A stretch of DNA of 64,000 bases from positions 1,408,001 to 1,472,000 of the forward strand of contig CAWDEM010000004.1 in assembly GCA_963801355.1 (NCBI GenBank). Reading direction: 5' to 3'. Of this stretch, positions 10,319-20,965 are shown piece after piece; position 1 is the first letter of the stretch, and each line of letters starts with the position of its first letter. The notes under the pieces are model-generated. The model was not told the DNA's origin. It searched no databases and saw only the letters and a program-made list of their open reading frames with translations. Origin of the DNA: Ignavibacteriota bacterium (GTDB taxonomy: Bacteria > Bacteroidota > Ignavibacteria > UBA10030 > UBA6906). Both the position numbers and the translations under genes were made by a program.

Positions 10319-11629
10319 ATGGCATTGGAGTACAGGTTTCCCTACAAAACAATCAAGGGTATTGACAGGATATGTATTCCTGACGGAACGGATGTCAGGA
10401 TATACAAGGTGAGATCCCTGCCGGGTGTGCAGAAGGACGTGCGTGACATCGTGCGCGAGGCTTTGCTGCACCCGATCGGACTTCCTCCGCTTCCCGCACT
10501 CCTGAAGCCGCACAATTCGGTCCTGCTTGTCGTCGATGATATGTCCCGCCCCACACCTGCCCTTGATGTTCTGGGTAGCGTGCTGGAAGACATTCGCCAT
10601 GCGGGTGTGCGAAAGCCGCAGGTGCGCATCCTGATTGCCCTGGGAACCCACCGGTTCATGACAGAACAGGAAATCGAGGACCGGTTCGGGAAAGCCATTG
10701 CACAGGGCTATGAGATCAGGAATCACGAATGGAACAACCCGTCTGCATTGCATGAATATGGCACGCTTGAGGATGGAACCCATGTCGTGCTCAACAAGGC
10801 TATGCACGAATCGGATGTCGTGATAGGCATCGGATCCATCGCTCCGCATCCTGCAGCAGGGTTCTCAGGTGGGGGGAAGATCATTGCTCCAGGTGTTGCG
10901 ACCGACGAAGCGGTGGGGGAATTTCACTGGAAGAGTGTACAACACCCTCAACACGCCGTGCTCGGGGTCCGCGACAACCCGATGCGGGAGAACATCGACG
11001 CAATTGCCAGGATGGGCGGCCTGACGTACATCGTCAACGTCATCATGGATGGAAGCAATCGGGTTGTGGATGCAGTCTGCGGGGATCCCGTTGAGGCGCA
11101 CAGGGCAGGTGCTGCCCGCTCACTCGAGATCTTCGGCGTGCAGATCGACGATCCGCAGGATGCGAACATATTCATCATCGACACCCATCCCCTGGACCAG
11201 GATCTGTGGCAGGGCGTGAAGGCGCTCTGTGCCCTCGAATGCATCATTCCCGACCATGCACTGGGAATAGTCGTCAGCCCCCTCCTGGAAGGTATCTGCC
11301 GGGCTCATCCGGAAGTCCTCCGCTATGGATTTCAACCCATGGAAAAGGTTCGCGCGTTGGTAGAATCCGGGCAGGTGTCGAAGGTCGTCGGGCACAATCT
11401 GGTGCAGGGGGGAAGGCTTATTGCACGGACAACCTGCTACCTGGCCTCTCCGGGAATCAGTGAGGATGAAGCGAACAGAATGGGATTCCGCTATTTTTCC
11501 ACAGCCCAGCACGCCCTGGACGCAGCGATTGAGGTCAAGGGGAGAGAGGCAAGGATTCTGATTCTGGGGATGGGTGGGGAAATCGCGCCCTTTACTGCCG
11601 CCCCGGGATCTGCGCGCAACTACGGATGA
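10319..11629 (+). CDS. LarA-family nickel-pincer racemase/epimerase
   Basis: DDMSRPTP, ALGTHR, NH, PH..AGFSGGGK, EFH and QGVK match the conserved LarA residues; substrate unknown. Confidence 0.88.
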   Translation: MALEYRFPYKTIKGIDRICIPDGTDVRIYKVRSLPGVQKDVRDIVREALLHPIGLPPLPALLKPHNSVLLVVDDMSRPTPALDVLGSVLEDIRHAGVRKPQVRILIALGTHRFMTEQEIEDRFGKAIAQGYEIRNHEWNNPSALHEYGTLEDGTHVVLNKAMHESDVVIGIGSIAPHPAAGFSGGGKIIAPGVATDEAVGEFHWKSVQHPQHAVLGVRDNPMRENIDAIARMGGLTYIVNVIMDGSNRVVDAVCGDPVEAHRAGAARSLEIFGVQIDDPQDANIFIIDTHPLDQDLWQGVKALCALECIIPDHALGIVVSPLLEGICRAHPEVLRYGFQPMEKVRALVESGQVSKVVGHNLVQGGRLIARTTCYLASPGISEDEANRMGFRYFSTAQHALDAAIEVKGREARILILGMGGEIAPFTAAPGSARNYG

Positions 11630-12332
11630 AATCCGGGGAGGTCGCGGTATACCCGAGGAACGCTTCGACGTGCCGGATGACATTATGCGTGATCGCCTGG
11701 TCTCCGATCGTGTCGTGATATTCCATCGCCGCAGTGCAATCGCGCAGCAAAATAACACGGTAGTTGCGGTACAGCGCATCGGTCAGCGTCGCCTGCACGC
11801 ACGCATTCGCGGCAAATCCCACCGCCACCAGGTTCTTGATCCCCAGGTTTCTCAGCAGGCTCTCCAGGCACGTCTCAAAAAAGCCGCTGTACATCTGCTT
11901 GCGCACGATGTATTCTCCCGGCCGGGGTTCAATCAGCTTGCTGAACCGGAACTCGACCGGATCGGTTTCCCAGCGTTCTTCTACGGTCAGACCGTGCGTG
12001 CGGACAAGAAGGGAGCCGAATGCACTGTGTTGCGCAGCCACCATCTGGTTGGCGTTGTTGACATAGATGACCGGCAACCCAATCCGGCGGGAAGCCTCCA
12101 GGGCCGGTTTGATGCAATTGATCATCACCCGCCGCTCCACTTCAGTTGAACCTGCGTAGAACAGCGCCGGCCGCCCGGGCTCTGGTTCTCCCTGACTGTA
12201 GCCCAGTCCGTACACGTCGATCAGCATGAATGCGGTTTGGCCGGGAGGCAGACTGAGCATCTCCTTGGCATGGCCGAGGTATGCATCAGGCGGATACATG
12301 CGATAATAGCGGCCGGGAATCTGCAGGTCCAT
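11592..12332 (-). CDS. Isochorismatase-family cysteine hydrolase
   Basis: Asp-Lys-Cys triad motifs LID, RKQMYSGF and ANACV. Confidence 0.85.
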   Translation of the reverse strand: MDLQIPGRYYRMYPPDAYLGHAKEMLSLPPGQTAFMLIDVYGLGYSQGEPEPGRPALFYAGSTEVERRVMINCIKPALEASRRIGLPVIYVNNANQMVAAQHSAFGSLLVRTHGLTVEERWETDPVEFRFSKLIEPRPGEYIVRKQMYSGFFETCLESLLRNLGIKNLVAVGFAANACVQATLTDALYRNYRVILLRDCTAAMEYHDTIGDQAITHNVIRHVEAFLGYTATSPDFIRSCAQIPGRQ

Positions 12333-12340
12333 GGCGGTCC

Positions 12341-14758
12341 TTATTTCTTGTATTCAAAATCCATTTGTGCGTCGAGTGTATTTTCCCCCACCCCATCGAT
12401 CCGGTACCGTGTGGCGCCCGTGATCCCCGCGTAGTCAATGCGCCCGTCGGCAGCGCTGAACACGCCGTACGTGAAGTCGCCTTCGATCGTGTCCATGAAT
12501 TTCCGGTACGTGCCGTCAGATACAATGACGATGTCTTCCCGGTTCTTTGTTCTGACCTTGTATCCGATCGCGGCTGTATCCTTCAGTGCCATCCTCTCCA
12601 CCGACACATCTGCAGGATCGCAAGAGGCCTGTGACGCAAACGGGTAGATCAGAGTCGCCATTCTGTTGACACGGCGATCGCCGGCAAGCACCTTGCGGAA
12701 AATCAGCCAGTCGATTTCCCGGTTGCCAGGCTCGCCGCGCAGGCCGGTCAGATCGGCGCCACCCCTGCTCAGGACCCTTTGTGTTGCATGTGCATCCTGG
12801 TGGTCCTGCTTGATCAGGAATCCGTTGTCCTGTATCGACATATACCCGTCCTCGGTTTCTTTCATCGAACAGGGAGTGTGCAAATTGAATTCCATTTCCT
12901 GTCCGCTCCCGGTTGTGCGTACTTCATCGATGACCAACCAGTATCTGGCTTTGGAATACACGATGTGTCGGCGGTGGTGAGCCTTCTGATAGCGGACATA
13001 GCCGTCGTGCGTTGCCGCGAAGAAGATGCTCTGTTTCAGGACTGACCAGTGCTTGTCATAGCCGGGTTTGTCCATCTTTTCCGGCACGGCCCGGTTTATG
13101 GTGACCATGTTGTGTGACAACGGATGCTTGTACCAGCTGACCTGGAGTGTGTCCAGGTATCCGAGAGGTCCCAAACCCGCATCAAGTGCGATGGGAACGC
13201 CGTTGGCATAGATCTCGAAATCCAGCTGGTCGAAGTGACAATGATTCTGCCAGTCGCCGTAATTGACTATCATATAATACGACCGCGGGTCCCACGAATC
13301 GCGCATGACCGCAAACCGCGAGTCCGGGAAGTCGATGGATGTCGTCGTGGGTGCCGTCACGGGCACAGACATGGAGGCAATGGCTTCCGGAGAGAATTCA
13401 TGTTTGACCGCTCCAATGAAATCCCCGCGGTTGAAGAACTCTCCCATCTCCTTGAAAAGAGGCAACAGGTTCTTGCCTCTGCGTGCGTCGTTAAATGCCG
13501 GATTGACACCGACCGGCGTATTCGTGAGCACAAAGAACTCCATGTTCTTTTCAAGTCTGCTCAGGTATTGCGTGCGCAAGGATGGATCGTCCTTGAAATA
13601 CTGCAGCATCAGCATATAGCGGTAGTACACGGAAAACATGTAGGACGCATAGCTGCTGGTCCGCTCCACATAGCCGCCGTCATCCAGGATATCGTTTTCC
13701 AGATGAAGGACCATGTTCTTCCTGCCGCGGTCCAGCCATGCTCCAGACTCTTTGAACTCCGGGAAGACGGCTGCCGCGTAGGACAGAGTCAGGGCTGAAT
13801 GTGTTTGCCAGTTATACGGGTGAAACGGGGTGCGCTGCACACACTGGTCAAGCCACCGGGTCGAACCCAGTATGATCTTCAGCAGCCGTTTGTTGGTCTC
13901 GGGCGAAAGGTGCGGGGCAAAGACTCTCTGGGCATTGATGAGTCTCTCATTCCTGTTGGCGAGTCCCAGTTCATACCAGATGAAGTCGTACGATCTGATC
14001 ATGTGGATGACCTGTTCGTTCTTCACACTGTCCAGCTGATCGTACCACTGATTGAAGACGACTTCAAATGCCTTCGGTGTGGCCGGGTCTCGCGTCAGAA
14101 GATAGTAATTGATCTGGTCGTCGATGAATTGGAGATAATGGACGCCATATTTTGAGACGTGGGGATAGTGATGATTGAAATCGATACGTTTGCCCCAATG
14201 GACGCCATGAAGCGTGTATCCTTGCTCAGGCGTGTAGAATGATTGTGCTGAACGCACTATGGTATTGTAACGTGCACTGTCGGCGAGGGCCTCTCGCCTG
14301 AATTCATCGATGGTGATGAAGTACTTCTTGTTCTGCGCATCGTATGCCGACAACCGGTTATTGTCTTGCCGGGATGTGAAGTACCTATGCAAAAGCGCGG
14401 ATATGCGGCCAGGATTCTTTGCCTTCAAGGCTGCCCGAAGAGCCGGCCCGAGTGTCTCGATGTGGAGCGACTGTACGAGCTCTTCGTCGCTGATATATCG
14501 GATCTTGTGGAGAAAATAGTCCTTGTCGATGAGGACGTCATGCCACTCGGAAAGGGTCAATTTCAGGTCGATCGCGGAGCGGTCTCTGTTCTCGACTTCC
14601 TGCCTGCAGAGCGGGCAATACCACTTGTCTCCGACCTGGTACACGACCGACTGAAGGGTGATGATAGGACCGGAAGGGTCCTGGTCCGCCGGTCGAGCGA
14701 TTGACGTACAGCATGACATGCAGAACACGAGCCCCAGAAGCGTTTTCAGTTTCGTCAT
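12341..14758 (-). CDS. Secreted heparinase II/III-family polysaccharide lyase
   Basis: Signal peptide MTKLKTLLGLVFC..., NWQ, DGGYVERTSSY, PAFND, HCHFDQLDFEIY, SHNMVTIN, HDGY. Confidence 0.85.
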   Translation of the reverse strand: MTKLKTLLGLVFCMSCCTSIARPADQDPSGPIITLQSVVYQVGDKWYCPLCRQEVENRDRSAIDLKLTLSEWHDVLIDKDYFLHKIRYISDEELVQSLHIETLGPALRAALKAKNPGRISALLHRYFTSRQDNNRLSAYDAQNKKYFITIDEFRREALADSARYNTIVRSAQSFYTPEQGYTLHGVHWGKRIDFNHHYPHVSKYGVHYLQFIDDQINYYLLTRDPATPKAFEVVFNQWYDQLDSVKNEQVIHMIRSYDFIWYELGLANRNERLINAQRVFAPHLSPETNKRLLKIILGSTRWLDQCVQRTPFHPYNWQTHSALTLSYAAAVFPEFKESGAWLDRGRKNMVLHLENDILDDGGYVERTSSYASYMFSVYYRYMLMLQYFKDDPSLRTQYLSRLEKNMEFFVLTNTPVGVNPAFNDARRGKNLLPLFKEMGEFFNRGDFIGAVKHEFSPEAIASMSVPVTAPTTTSIDFPDSRFAVMRDSWDPRSYYMIVNYGDWQNHCHFDQLDFEIYANGVPIALDAGLGPLGYLDTLQVSWYKHPLSHNMVTINRAVPEKMDKPGYDKHWSVLKQSIFFAATHDGYVRYQKAHHRRHIVYSKARYWLVIDEVRTTGSGQEMEFNLHTPCSMKETEDGYMSIQDNGFLIKQDHQDAHATQRVLSRGGADLTGLRGEPGNREIDWLIFRKVLAGDRRVNRMATLIYPFASQASCDPADVSVERMALKDTAAIGYKVRTKNREDIVIVSDGTYRKFMDTIEGDFTYGVFSAADGRIDYAGITGATRYRIDGVGENTLDAQMDFEYKK

Positions 14759-14950
14759 CGGAGATGCCCCGGTGTCCGTCAGAAGAAGCGTGCGATTTGG
14801 AAAAGGTTGTACCATCAATATACGAATTGAATTCGTTCCAATTGACTTCACCGCGTCAATTCCGTACTTTTCTTTGGATGAAGCTCTCCTTCACGCCGCT
14901 CACCCATCATCACGCCGGGATATCATGTCTGTAGCACAGGAGAACATCAG

Positions 14951-16053
14951 GTGGAGACGAACACGCTGAAAGTGGCCATTGTTGGTCTTGGCCATCTGCA
15001 TCCAAGAGGGTACATGGCGCTGTTCGAACAATGCCCGAAGACCGAAGTCGTTGCTGCGTTTGACAAAGAAAAGGCATTGGTCGGCGCTTTTTGTGGGGAT
15101 TTCGGAATCCGGGGCTATACGGATCTTCATGAACTCCTTGCGCGGGAGCAGGTGGATATCGTCGCCATGTTCCTGCCGCACAGCGAATCCGCCGATGCGG
15201 CGATTACGTGCGCTGACAAAGGAATCCATTTGTTGATGGAAAAACCCATCGCCAGAAATGTTGAGGATGTCAGGCGTGTCGCCGAAGCAGTCAGGAGAAA
15301 CAATGTCAAGATTACCACCGGCTATTGCTGGCGGTATCATCCGGTTATCAGGGCAATGAAGGACTTCATCGAGCAGGGGGTTATCGGCAAGATTGTTTCT
15401 GTGGAAGCACGATTGGCCGCAGGCAAGGTGGACAGGTATATCAGGGGAAATGCGGGATGGATGCTCGAAAAGGCCAAATCCGGCGGCGGGCCGATGTACA
15501 ATCTGGGCGTCCACTGGATTGATCTGCTATGTCACGTGCTCGGAGACAACATCGAGCAGGTCTGTGCGGTCAACACCAAAACCTCAACGGCATACGACGT
15601 CGAAGACTCCTCGGTCGCATTGCTGCAGTTTGGCAAAGGCACCGTCGGTGTACTTTCGACCAGCTATATTGTGCCGGATTGCTTTCCGAACGGCAGAGAC
15701 CTGTACATGGGAATCAAGGGGACAAAGGGGGTGCTGAGCTATGCCCCGAGGTATGAGGGCGAACAAGGTTCCGGCAGATGCGCGGTCAGACGGATATCCT
15801 GGAACTCTACAGCGACAGTGAAAATGTCGCCGGCTCGTCTGCTAGGAAATTCGTGTTTGACCTGGACAAGGTAAGCGGCTATTCCGGCTACATGGGAAAG
15901 GCGTACATTGACGATTTCGCAGACGCCATTCTCGAAGACAGGGAACCCTCCATCACTATACGCCAGGCCATTGATGTGCTCCATGTGGTGGAAGCGATCT
16001 ACAAATCAGACCAGAGCAGGAGTTGGGTGAATGTACAGAAAGAAGTGCCCTGA
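14951..16053 (+). pseudogene. Gfo/Idh/MocA oxidoreductase with a frameshift near 15775-15785 (pseudogene or assembly error)
   Basis: GLGH, EKP, GGGPMYNLGVHWID in ORF 14951-15874; the normal C-terminus (YIDDFADAILEDREP...AIDVLHVVEAIYKS) is in frame 15778-16053. Confidence 0.75.
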
Positions 16054-16152
16054 CCGGGGAAGACGATCTCAGTCCACATGAACGAGAAATCGTACAGAAC
16101 GCGTGGATTGGCAGATGGGGTCTTGCTCTTACTGTAGAAAAGGGAATTACCG

Positions 16153-17469
16153 ATGGGCGATATACGTAAAGTGACACTAATACCGGGCCCGCAGAGCAAA
16201 GAGCTCATCACAGAGTGGCACACCTATGAAGCCGATGTGGTGGGTTATCAGGCCCAGATTGTCTGGAAGTCTGCGAAGGGGTGCGTGGTCAATGATGTTG
16301 ACGGCAACAGCTACCTTGACTGGACTTCAGGAGTTCTGGTCACCAACGTCGGTCATTGCCATCCTCATCTGGTGGATGCGATCACCAGGGCATCCCGGGA
16401 TTTGCTGAACAACTATGAATGCGCCAACACCTACCGCATAGAGGCTGCCAAAAGGCTCGTATCAGCCCTGCCAAAGCATCTGGACAAGTGTTTCTTCCTG
16501 AGCACAGGGGCTGAGGCAATAGAAGGTGCATTGCGGTTAATGAAGAGACGGAGCGGCAAGTTCGAAATACTCAGCTTTGAAGGCGGGTTCCACGGCCGGA
16601 CGCCCGGTGCTGCTGCAGTGGGCGGAATGGCCGGACCGAAACGTCAGTACGGTCCTACGGTGCCGGGTATTATCCGCGCGATCTATCCAAATCCCTACAG
16701 GGATGAACTGGGTTTGTGTGATGAGCGATCGGGGTTCAAGAAGTACTTCACCTATCTTGACCATGTTGTCATGGCAAACTCGACGGGGTCTCTCGCAGGA
16801 ATCATCGCGGAGCCCTATCAGGGAGCCGGCGGGTTCATCTTTCCACCCAGGGGCTGGCTCAAGAAACTGTTCGAGTGGGGGAAAGTGAACGGTCTGCTCT
16901 TCACACTGGATGAGGTCCAGTCTTCGTACGGCAGGACGGGCAAGATGTGGGCAATGGAGCATGAAGATGTTCAGCCTGACATCGTCGTTCTTGGCAAAGG
17001 AATCGGCAGTGGTGTGGCGGTCTCTGCAGTGTGTTCGACCACAGATGTTTTTTCGTGTCTCAAGAAGGGTGAAATGAGCAGTACCTATGGGGGTAATCCG
17101 ATTGCGAATGCTGCGGTGATCGCGGTGCTCGAAATCTTTGAAGAAGAGAACCTCGTAGAACATTCCGCCCGCCTGGGTGAGTACATCAAGAAGGGCCTGA
17201 AACAGATCGCCGACAAATGCAAGTATGTAGGCGATGTCCGGGGCAGCGGACTTGTCATGGGGATTGAGTTTGTAAAGGACAAGCTGACCAAAGAGCCCGC
17301 TCCCGGGCTCATACGGCCCATCATCGACAAATGTGCGGAAAACGGCCTGCTGGTCGGTTCTGTCGGAATGTACGGCAATGTCATACGGGTCGCTCCGCCT
17401 CTGGTTATCACACAACAGCAGGCCGACGAGAGTCTTGCTGCGATGGAGAGAGTGCTCATGAGTCTGTAG
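16153..17469 (+). CDS. Class III PLP aminotransferase (GabT/ArgD-like)
   Basis: DWTSGVLVTNVGH, GFHGRT, EPYQG, DEVQSSYGRTG, PDIVVLGKG. Confidence 0.93.
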   Translation: MGDIRKVTLIPGPQSKELITEWHTYEADVVGYQAQIVWKSAKGCVVNDVDGNSYLDWTSGVLVTNVGHCHPHLVDAITRASRDLLNNYECANTYRIEAAKRLVSALPKHLDKCFFLSTGAEAIEGALRLMKRRSGKFEILSFEGGFHGRTPGAAAVGGMAGPKRQYGPTVPGIIRAIYPNPYRDELGLCDERSGFKKYFTYLDHVVMANSTGSLAGIIAEPYQGAGGFIFPPRGWLKKLFEWGKVNGLLFTLDEVQSSYGRTGKMWAMEHEDVQPDIVVLGKGIGSGVAVSAVCSTTDVFSCLKKGEMSSTYGGNPIANAAVIAVLEIFEEENLVEHSARLGEYIKKGLKQIADKCKYVGDVRGSGLVMGIEFVKDKLTKEPAPGLIRPIIDKCAENGLLVGSVGMYGNVIRVAPPLVITQQQADESLAAMERVLMSL

Positions 17470-17554
17470 TTGTAGGTACACGAATGACTCGACCGACAAA
17501 GTGTGAGAAACAGCATACGTGGCTCCTCCCGACATTGTGACTGGGACAAATTCC

Positions 17555-18622
17555 ATGGAAGCGACTATTGGGTTTGGTATTATCGGTGCCGGGCTGATCG
17601 CCCCATTTCACTTGCATGCAATCAGAGATTCCCGGGGCGGTAAGGCCATCGGTGTTTTTGATGTCGCCCGGGAGAGAGCCTCACAGGTCGCGGAGAAGTT
17701 TGGCGTTAAGGCCTACTCGTCACTGGGGCAGATGCTCGACGACAGGAGTGTGGATGTCGTCTGTGTGGCAACTCCCAATCACCTGCATACAGATGTCGTT
17801 ATTCAGGCCGCACATGCAGGCAAGCATGTTCTCACGGAAAAACCGCCAGCCATGAGCCTGAAAGAAACGGATGAGATGATCGATGTATGCAAGAGGGCAA
17901 ATGTCAAATTCGGCTGTTTTGTTCAGTGCAGAGTCAGGAAGGCCGTGCAGGCCATCAAGTCAGCGGCGGATTCCGGCAGATTTGGAAAACTCCTTCACGC
18001 GGATGCGTATATGAAGTGGTTCAGACCGCAGGAGTACTACACGTCCGACGGATGGCGTGGTCAGCAAAGGAGCGGCAGCGGCGTGACCGTAGCCCAGGGG
18101 TTTCACTATATTGACCTGGTGCAGTATTTTGCGGGTCAGGCCAGGTCAGTTGATGCCAGAATGACGAACATCGGTCATCCGGGGATCAATCTTGAAGATG
18201 AAACACTGGCGCGCATACAGTTCATGTGCGGGGCGGAGGGTGTTGTTCAGCTTTCAACGGCTCTCTGGCCGGGGATGGATATCAGGATTGAAATGCATGG
18301 TACCGATGGGACTGCAGTAATGGTCGGCGAAAAGATTCAGACATGGATATTCAAAGACGAGCGACCTGAAGATGAACACATACGGGCGCTCGGCAATTCG
18401 TCACAGGCCACGGGTGCGGGCGGAGCCGCAGACATCGGCCACAGAGATCATATGGTCGTCGTGCAGGACATGATAGATTGCATCGGGTCAGACAGGGACG
18501 TCGTTATTCCTGTGGCATCCGTGAGACCTACTCTGGAAATTGTCCTGGCAATGTACCGCTCCGCAAAGCAGGGCAGAGTTGTCTCCCTGCCGGTTTCCGA
18601 TGATGATACTCTCTGGAGCTGA
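17555..18622 (+). CDS. Gfo/Idh/MocA oxidoreductase
   Basis: GIIGAGLIA, ATPNHLH, GKHVLTEKP, QGFHYIDL; start at ATG 17555. Confidence 0.9.
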   Translation: MEATIGFGIIGAGLIAPFHLHAIRDSRGGKAIGVFDVARERASQVAEKFGVKAYSSLGQMLDDRSVDVVCVATPNHLHTDVVIQAAHAGKHVLTEKPPAMSLKETDEMIDVCKRANVKFGCFVQCRVRKAVQAIKSAADSGRFGKLLHADAYMKWFRPQEYYTSDGWRGQQRSGSGVTVAQGFHYIDLVQYFAGQARSVDARMTNIGHPGINLEDETLARIQFMCGAEGVVQLSTALWPGMDIRIEMHGTDGTAVMVGEKIQTWIFKDERPEDEHIRALGNSSQATGAGGAADIGHRDHMVVVQDMIDCIGSDRDVVIPVASVRPTLEIVLAMYRSAKQGRVVSLPVSDDDTLWS

Positions 18623-18641
18623 TCAGCAACTGCCCCCGCTG

Positions 18642-19688
18642 CTATTGATTGAAGAGAAACATCCCCTTCAACGCTTTCCTCGCCAGAAGTGCATCAAAGA
18701 ACTCCTGCCACTGTTCGATTGAACCCGTATGACTCAAGAGCCTGTCGGAATGAATCAGACCGGCGTTCAGGAAACGGATCGCCCGGTCCCATGACTCGTA
18801 TCTCGTCGAGACATTGAACTGATACCGCACGGACTTCATCATGAATGCGTCATAGGGGAATTCGATGCCCGGTTTCCCCGTCAATCCGATCGCCGTGACC
18901 ACCCCCAGTTTCCTAATGATGAGTGCTCCGGTCTGCATTGCAGCGCGTGCGCCGGAGGCTTCGATGAACAGATCAACCCCGCGTCCGGACGTGACGTCAT
19001 GCACCAGCTTTACCAGGTCCTCTTTCTGAACGTTGACGACGTGGTCGATTGCGGGAAGGGAGCGGCAGAGGCGCAACCGTGTTTCCTCATCGTCATCGAC
19101 GCCAAAGATGATCACGGTGGATGCGCCCGCATATTTGGCGACGAGGGCTGCCATGATGCCGATGGGACCGGGTCCTGCGACAGCCACGACATCGCCGGCC
19201 ATGACCGTCTGCGGAAGAATAACGTCCGTAACCACGTTTGCCAGAGGTTCAGTCAGGGCGGCTGCCGGAAATCCGAGAGTATCCGGTATGCGGTGTAAAA
19301 GGCCCGGTTCCGGCCATCGCATCAGCGGGGCAAACGCCCCATCAATTCCCCAGCCGGGGGAGCGTTTGTGGGGGCATATCTGGCGATTCCCCGTCCTGCA
19401 CAGGGCACAGACCCCGCAGGCCATCGTGTGGGGCTCGCCGACCACCCTGTCACCAACCGCCCACCCCCCGACATTCCGGCCGACCGCGGCGATCGTCCCG
19501 CTGAATTCGTGTCCGAGTATCACCGGGGGGTAGTAGGGGAACTCGTCGTTGTAGATATGCAGATCCGTGCCACAGATGCCGCAGGCCTTCACATCAATCA
19601 GGACTTCAGCATCGCCGATTGACGGGGCCGGAACATCCTTGAGCTCGATGAACCCCTTCCCCTTCTTGGTCTTGACAAGTGCACGCAT
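18642..19688 (-). CDS. Zn-dependent MDR dehydrogenase (sorbitol/threonine dehydrogenase-like)
   Basis: CGTDLH, GHE, CGVCALC..C structural Zn site, GPGPIG. Confidence 0.92.
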   Translation of the reverse strand: MRALVKTKKGKGFIELKDVPAPSIGDAEVLIDVKACGICGTDLHIYNDEFPYYPPVILGHEFSGTIAAVGRNVGGWAVGDRVVGEPHTMACGVCALCRTGNRQICPHKRSPGWGIDGAFAPLMRWPEPGLLHRIPDTLGFPAAALTEPLANVVTDVILPQTVMAGDVVAVAGPGPIGIMAALVAKYAGASTVIIFGVDDDEETRLRLCRSLPAIDHVVNVQKEDLVKLVHDVTSGRGVDLFIEASGARAAMQTGALIIRKLGVVTAIGLTGKPGIEFPYDAFMMKSVRYQFNVSTRYESWDRAIRFLNAGLIHSDRLLSHTGSIEQWQEFFDALLARKALKGMFLFNQ

Positions 19689-19698
19689 CGATTCTCCG

Positions 19699-20961
19699 TT
19701 ACGTCGTTGAAAAATCGCACCACCGTTCCAGGAACCTCAGGAGGATATTGGCCGTCTCTTTGATTTCCGCCACGGCAATCTGTTCTTCGTTCGCGTGGGC
19801 GTATTTGAGACTGCCAGCGCCCATGACCACCGTGGGAATGCCCATGAGGGAATACCGCCACGCATCGCATGCCGCGGTCATTGCCGAGATCTCCATCGGG
19901 GTGCCCGCGTCGCGTGCGGCAGCCATCAACTCCTGCACAAGGGGATGATCCGTAGGCACCTGGTTCCCCTCGTTGTTCAACATGTTAAACAAAATCTCGA
20001 AATGTTCGCGAAGATACTGATGGGGAGAATTTCTGATCGCACCGATCATCTCCTGCTGCACGGTTTTGACATTGGTGTTCGGAAGGAAACCGAAGACCCC
20101 TTTTATCGAGGCGGTCCCTGGGACGGTGGCGGGCCAGTCGCCGGCGTGCAGCATGCCGAACGTCACCGGCATCGGATTCTCGTACGCGTCGAACAACGGG
20201 TTGAACCCTCGGGACCCGGCAAGAAGCCTGTCGTGGTACTGTTCGAGAATGCCCATCGCTTTGACTGCCTCTTTCAGCGCACTGACCACATCCGATGCAC
20301 GTCCGCTGTGTCCGGGCTTCCCGCGGCAAATCACCTCAAACCATACGGCGCCGCGCACAGCCGCATAGATCTTCCGCTCTGAAGCTTCCAGAACGATCGC
20401 ACCGTCGGCATGAACCGGCCGGCGCGTCATGAACAGCGTGCCGTTTCCGCCGTTTTCCTCTTCGACGACGATATCCGCTGTCACGGTTCCGCGCGGCCTC
20501 AGGTGCAGCTTCTTCAGCGTCGAAAGGAGAAGATGGATGACGGCAATCTGCCCCTTGTCATCGCACGCTCCTCGTCCGTAGACGATTCCCCCTCGGACGT
20601 TCGGCTGGAATGCGTTGTCCTGGTTCTTCGAAGGCGGGACCACGTCCGCATGTGCGTTGAGGATCAAACTGCGGGATGTCTCAGGCGACGTGCCGGCAAC
20701 TGTGAGACGCAGGTTCTGTGTATTCTCGTATGTGAGGCCGGGGAGAGGCCAACTGTACAGGGGGTCATCTTTGAACGACTCGGGTATCTGCATCAGCTCG
20801 GCGTCCGTGCAGAGGTCCTTCATTCGCTCGGCCACCAGTCTGTTCACCGGACCCTCATTCCCGCGGATCGAAGGGATTCTGATCAGATCACAGAGAAACT
20901 CGGTCGTTTCCCCGGCGAGCGATTCGATTGTTTCGCTGACGATGTGTTCTTCGAGCGGCAT
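19699..20961 (-). CDS. ArgE/DapE-family M20 deacylase
   Basis: NAHADVVP, GRGACDDKG, EEENGG, AHANEE; start at ATG 20961. Confidence 0.9.
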   Translation of the reverse strand: MPLEEHIVSETIESLAGETTEFLCDLIRIPSIRGNEGPVNRLVAERMKDLCTDAELMQIPESFKDDPLYSWPLPGLTYENTQNLRLTVAGTSPETSRSLILNAHADVVPPSKNQDNAFQPNVRGGIVYGRGACDDKGQIAVIHLLLSTLKKLHLRPRGTVTADIVVEEENGGNGTLFMTRRPVHADGAIVLEASERKIYAAVRGAVWFEVICRGKPGHSGRASDVVSALKEAVKAMGILEQYHDRLLAGSRGFNPLFDAYENPMPVTFGMLHAGDWPATVPGTASIKGVFGFLPNTNVKTVQQEMIGAIRNSPHQYLREHFEILFNMLNNEGNQVPTDHPLVQELMAAARDAGTPMEISAMTAACDAWRYSLMGIPTVVMGAGSLKYAHANEEQIAVAEIKETANILLRFLERWCDFSTT

Positions 20962-20965
20962 TACT

